DNA of 64,000 bases from positions 1 to 64,000 of the forward strand of contig JALMLS010000531.1 of the NCBI GenBank assembly GCA_038496445.1. Direction: 5' to 3'. Each line of letters begins with the position of its first letter. The first letter of the stretch is position 1. This stretch comes from Trichosphaerium sp. ATCC 40318. Lineage: Eukaryota; Protista; Tubulinea. The notes beneath the pieces are model-generated. The model did no database searches. It had not been told where the DNA came from and was given only the letters and a program-made list of their open reading frames with translations. The position numbers and the translations under genes were made by a program. Below are positions 63,942 through 64,000 of the stretch, one piece after another.

Positions 63942-64000
63942 AAACTTGTCTAGAATGCCAAACTATTTTGCAAGTTTTTGTTCTCTAGCATGCACCTTAA

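Overview
Eukaryotic, AT-rich genomic DNA with many short introns (roughly 40-150 nt; donors mostly GTACGT/GTAAGT/GTATG), probably from a protist; the organism cannot be identified from the sequence. All multi-exon models below were spliced by hand. The window is dominated by segmental duplication. An inverted repeat of at least 10 kb (1-9992 vs 34674-44665) encloses a ~24.7 kb spacer, which contains a second nested inverted duplication (~24964-28003 vs ~30595-33495). The main finding is a four-copy, intron-rich gene family with this architecture: degenerate P-loop NTPase of Crinkler/STAND type (LYFGCGK[S/T], hhhhDE, GHPR), a PD-(D/E)xK-like restriction-fold nuclease (GxxhE...SMD...QMK), six tandem ubiquitin-like beta-grasp repeats on symmetric phase-1 exons, and an Arg/Asp/Ser/Tyr-rich basic tail. 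The copies are sequence mosaics of one another. Around them lie several apparent pseudo-enzymes (ankyrin-HECT without the catalytic Cys, a Ran paralogue with broken G1/G3, a ubiquitin-like protein without GG), F-box proteins, an intronless F-box/MORN gene, three mosaic secreted surface-protein paralogues, a metzincin-ricin lectin gene and an LTD-PhoD fusion. More ordinary genes follow on the right: COP9 signalosome subunit 3, a 6TM channel with a non-GYG filter, and an isochorismatase-like hydrolase. CACGTG looks strongly over-represented and several GC-AG introns are predicted. No rRNA, tRNA, CRISPR array or canonical transposase was recognised.
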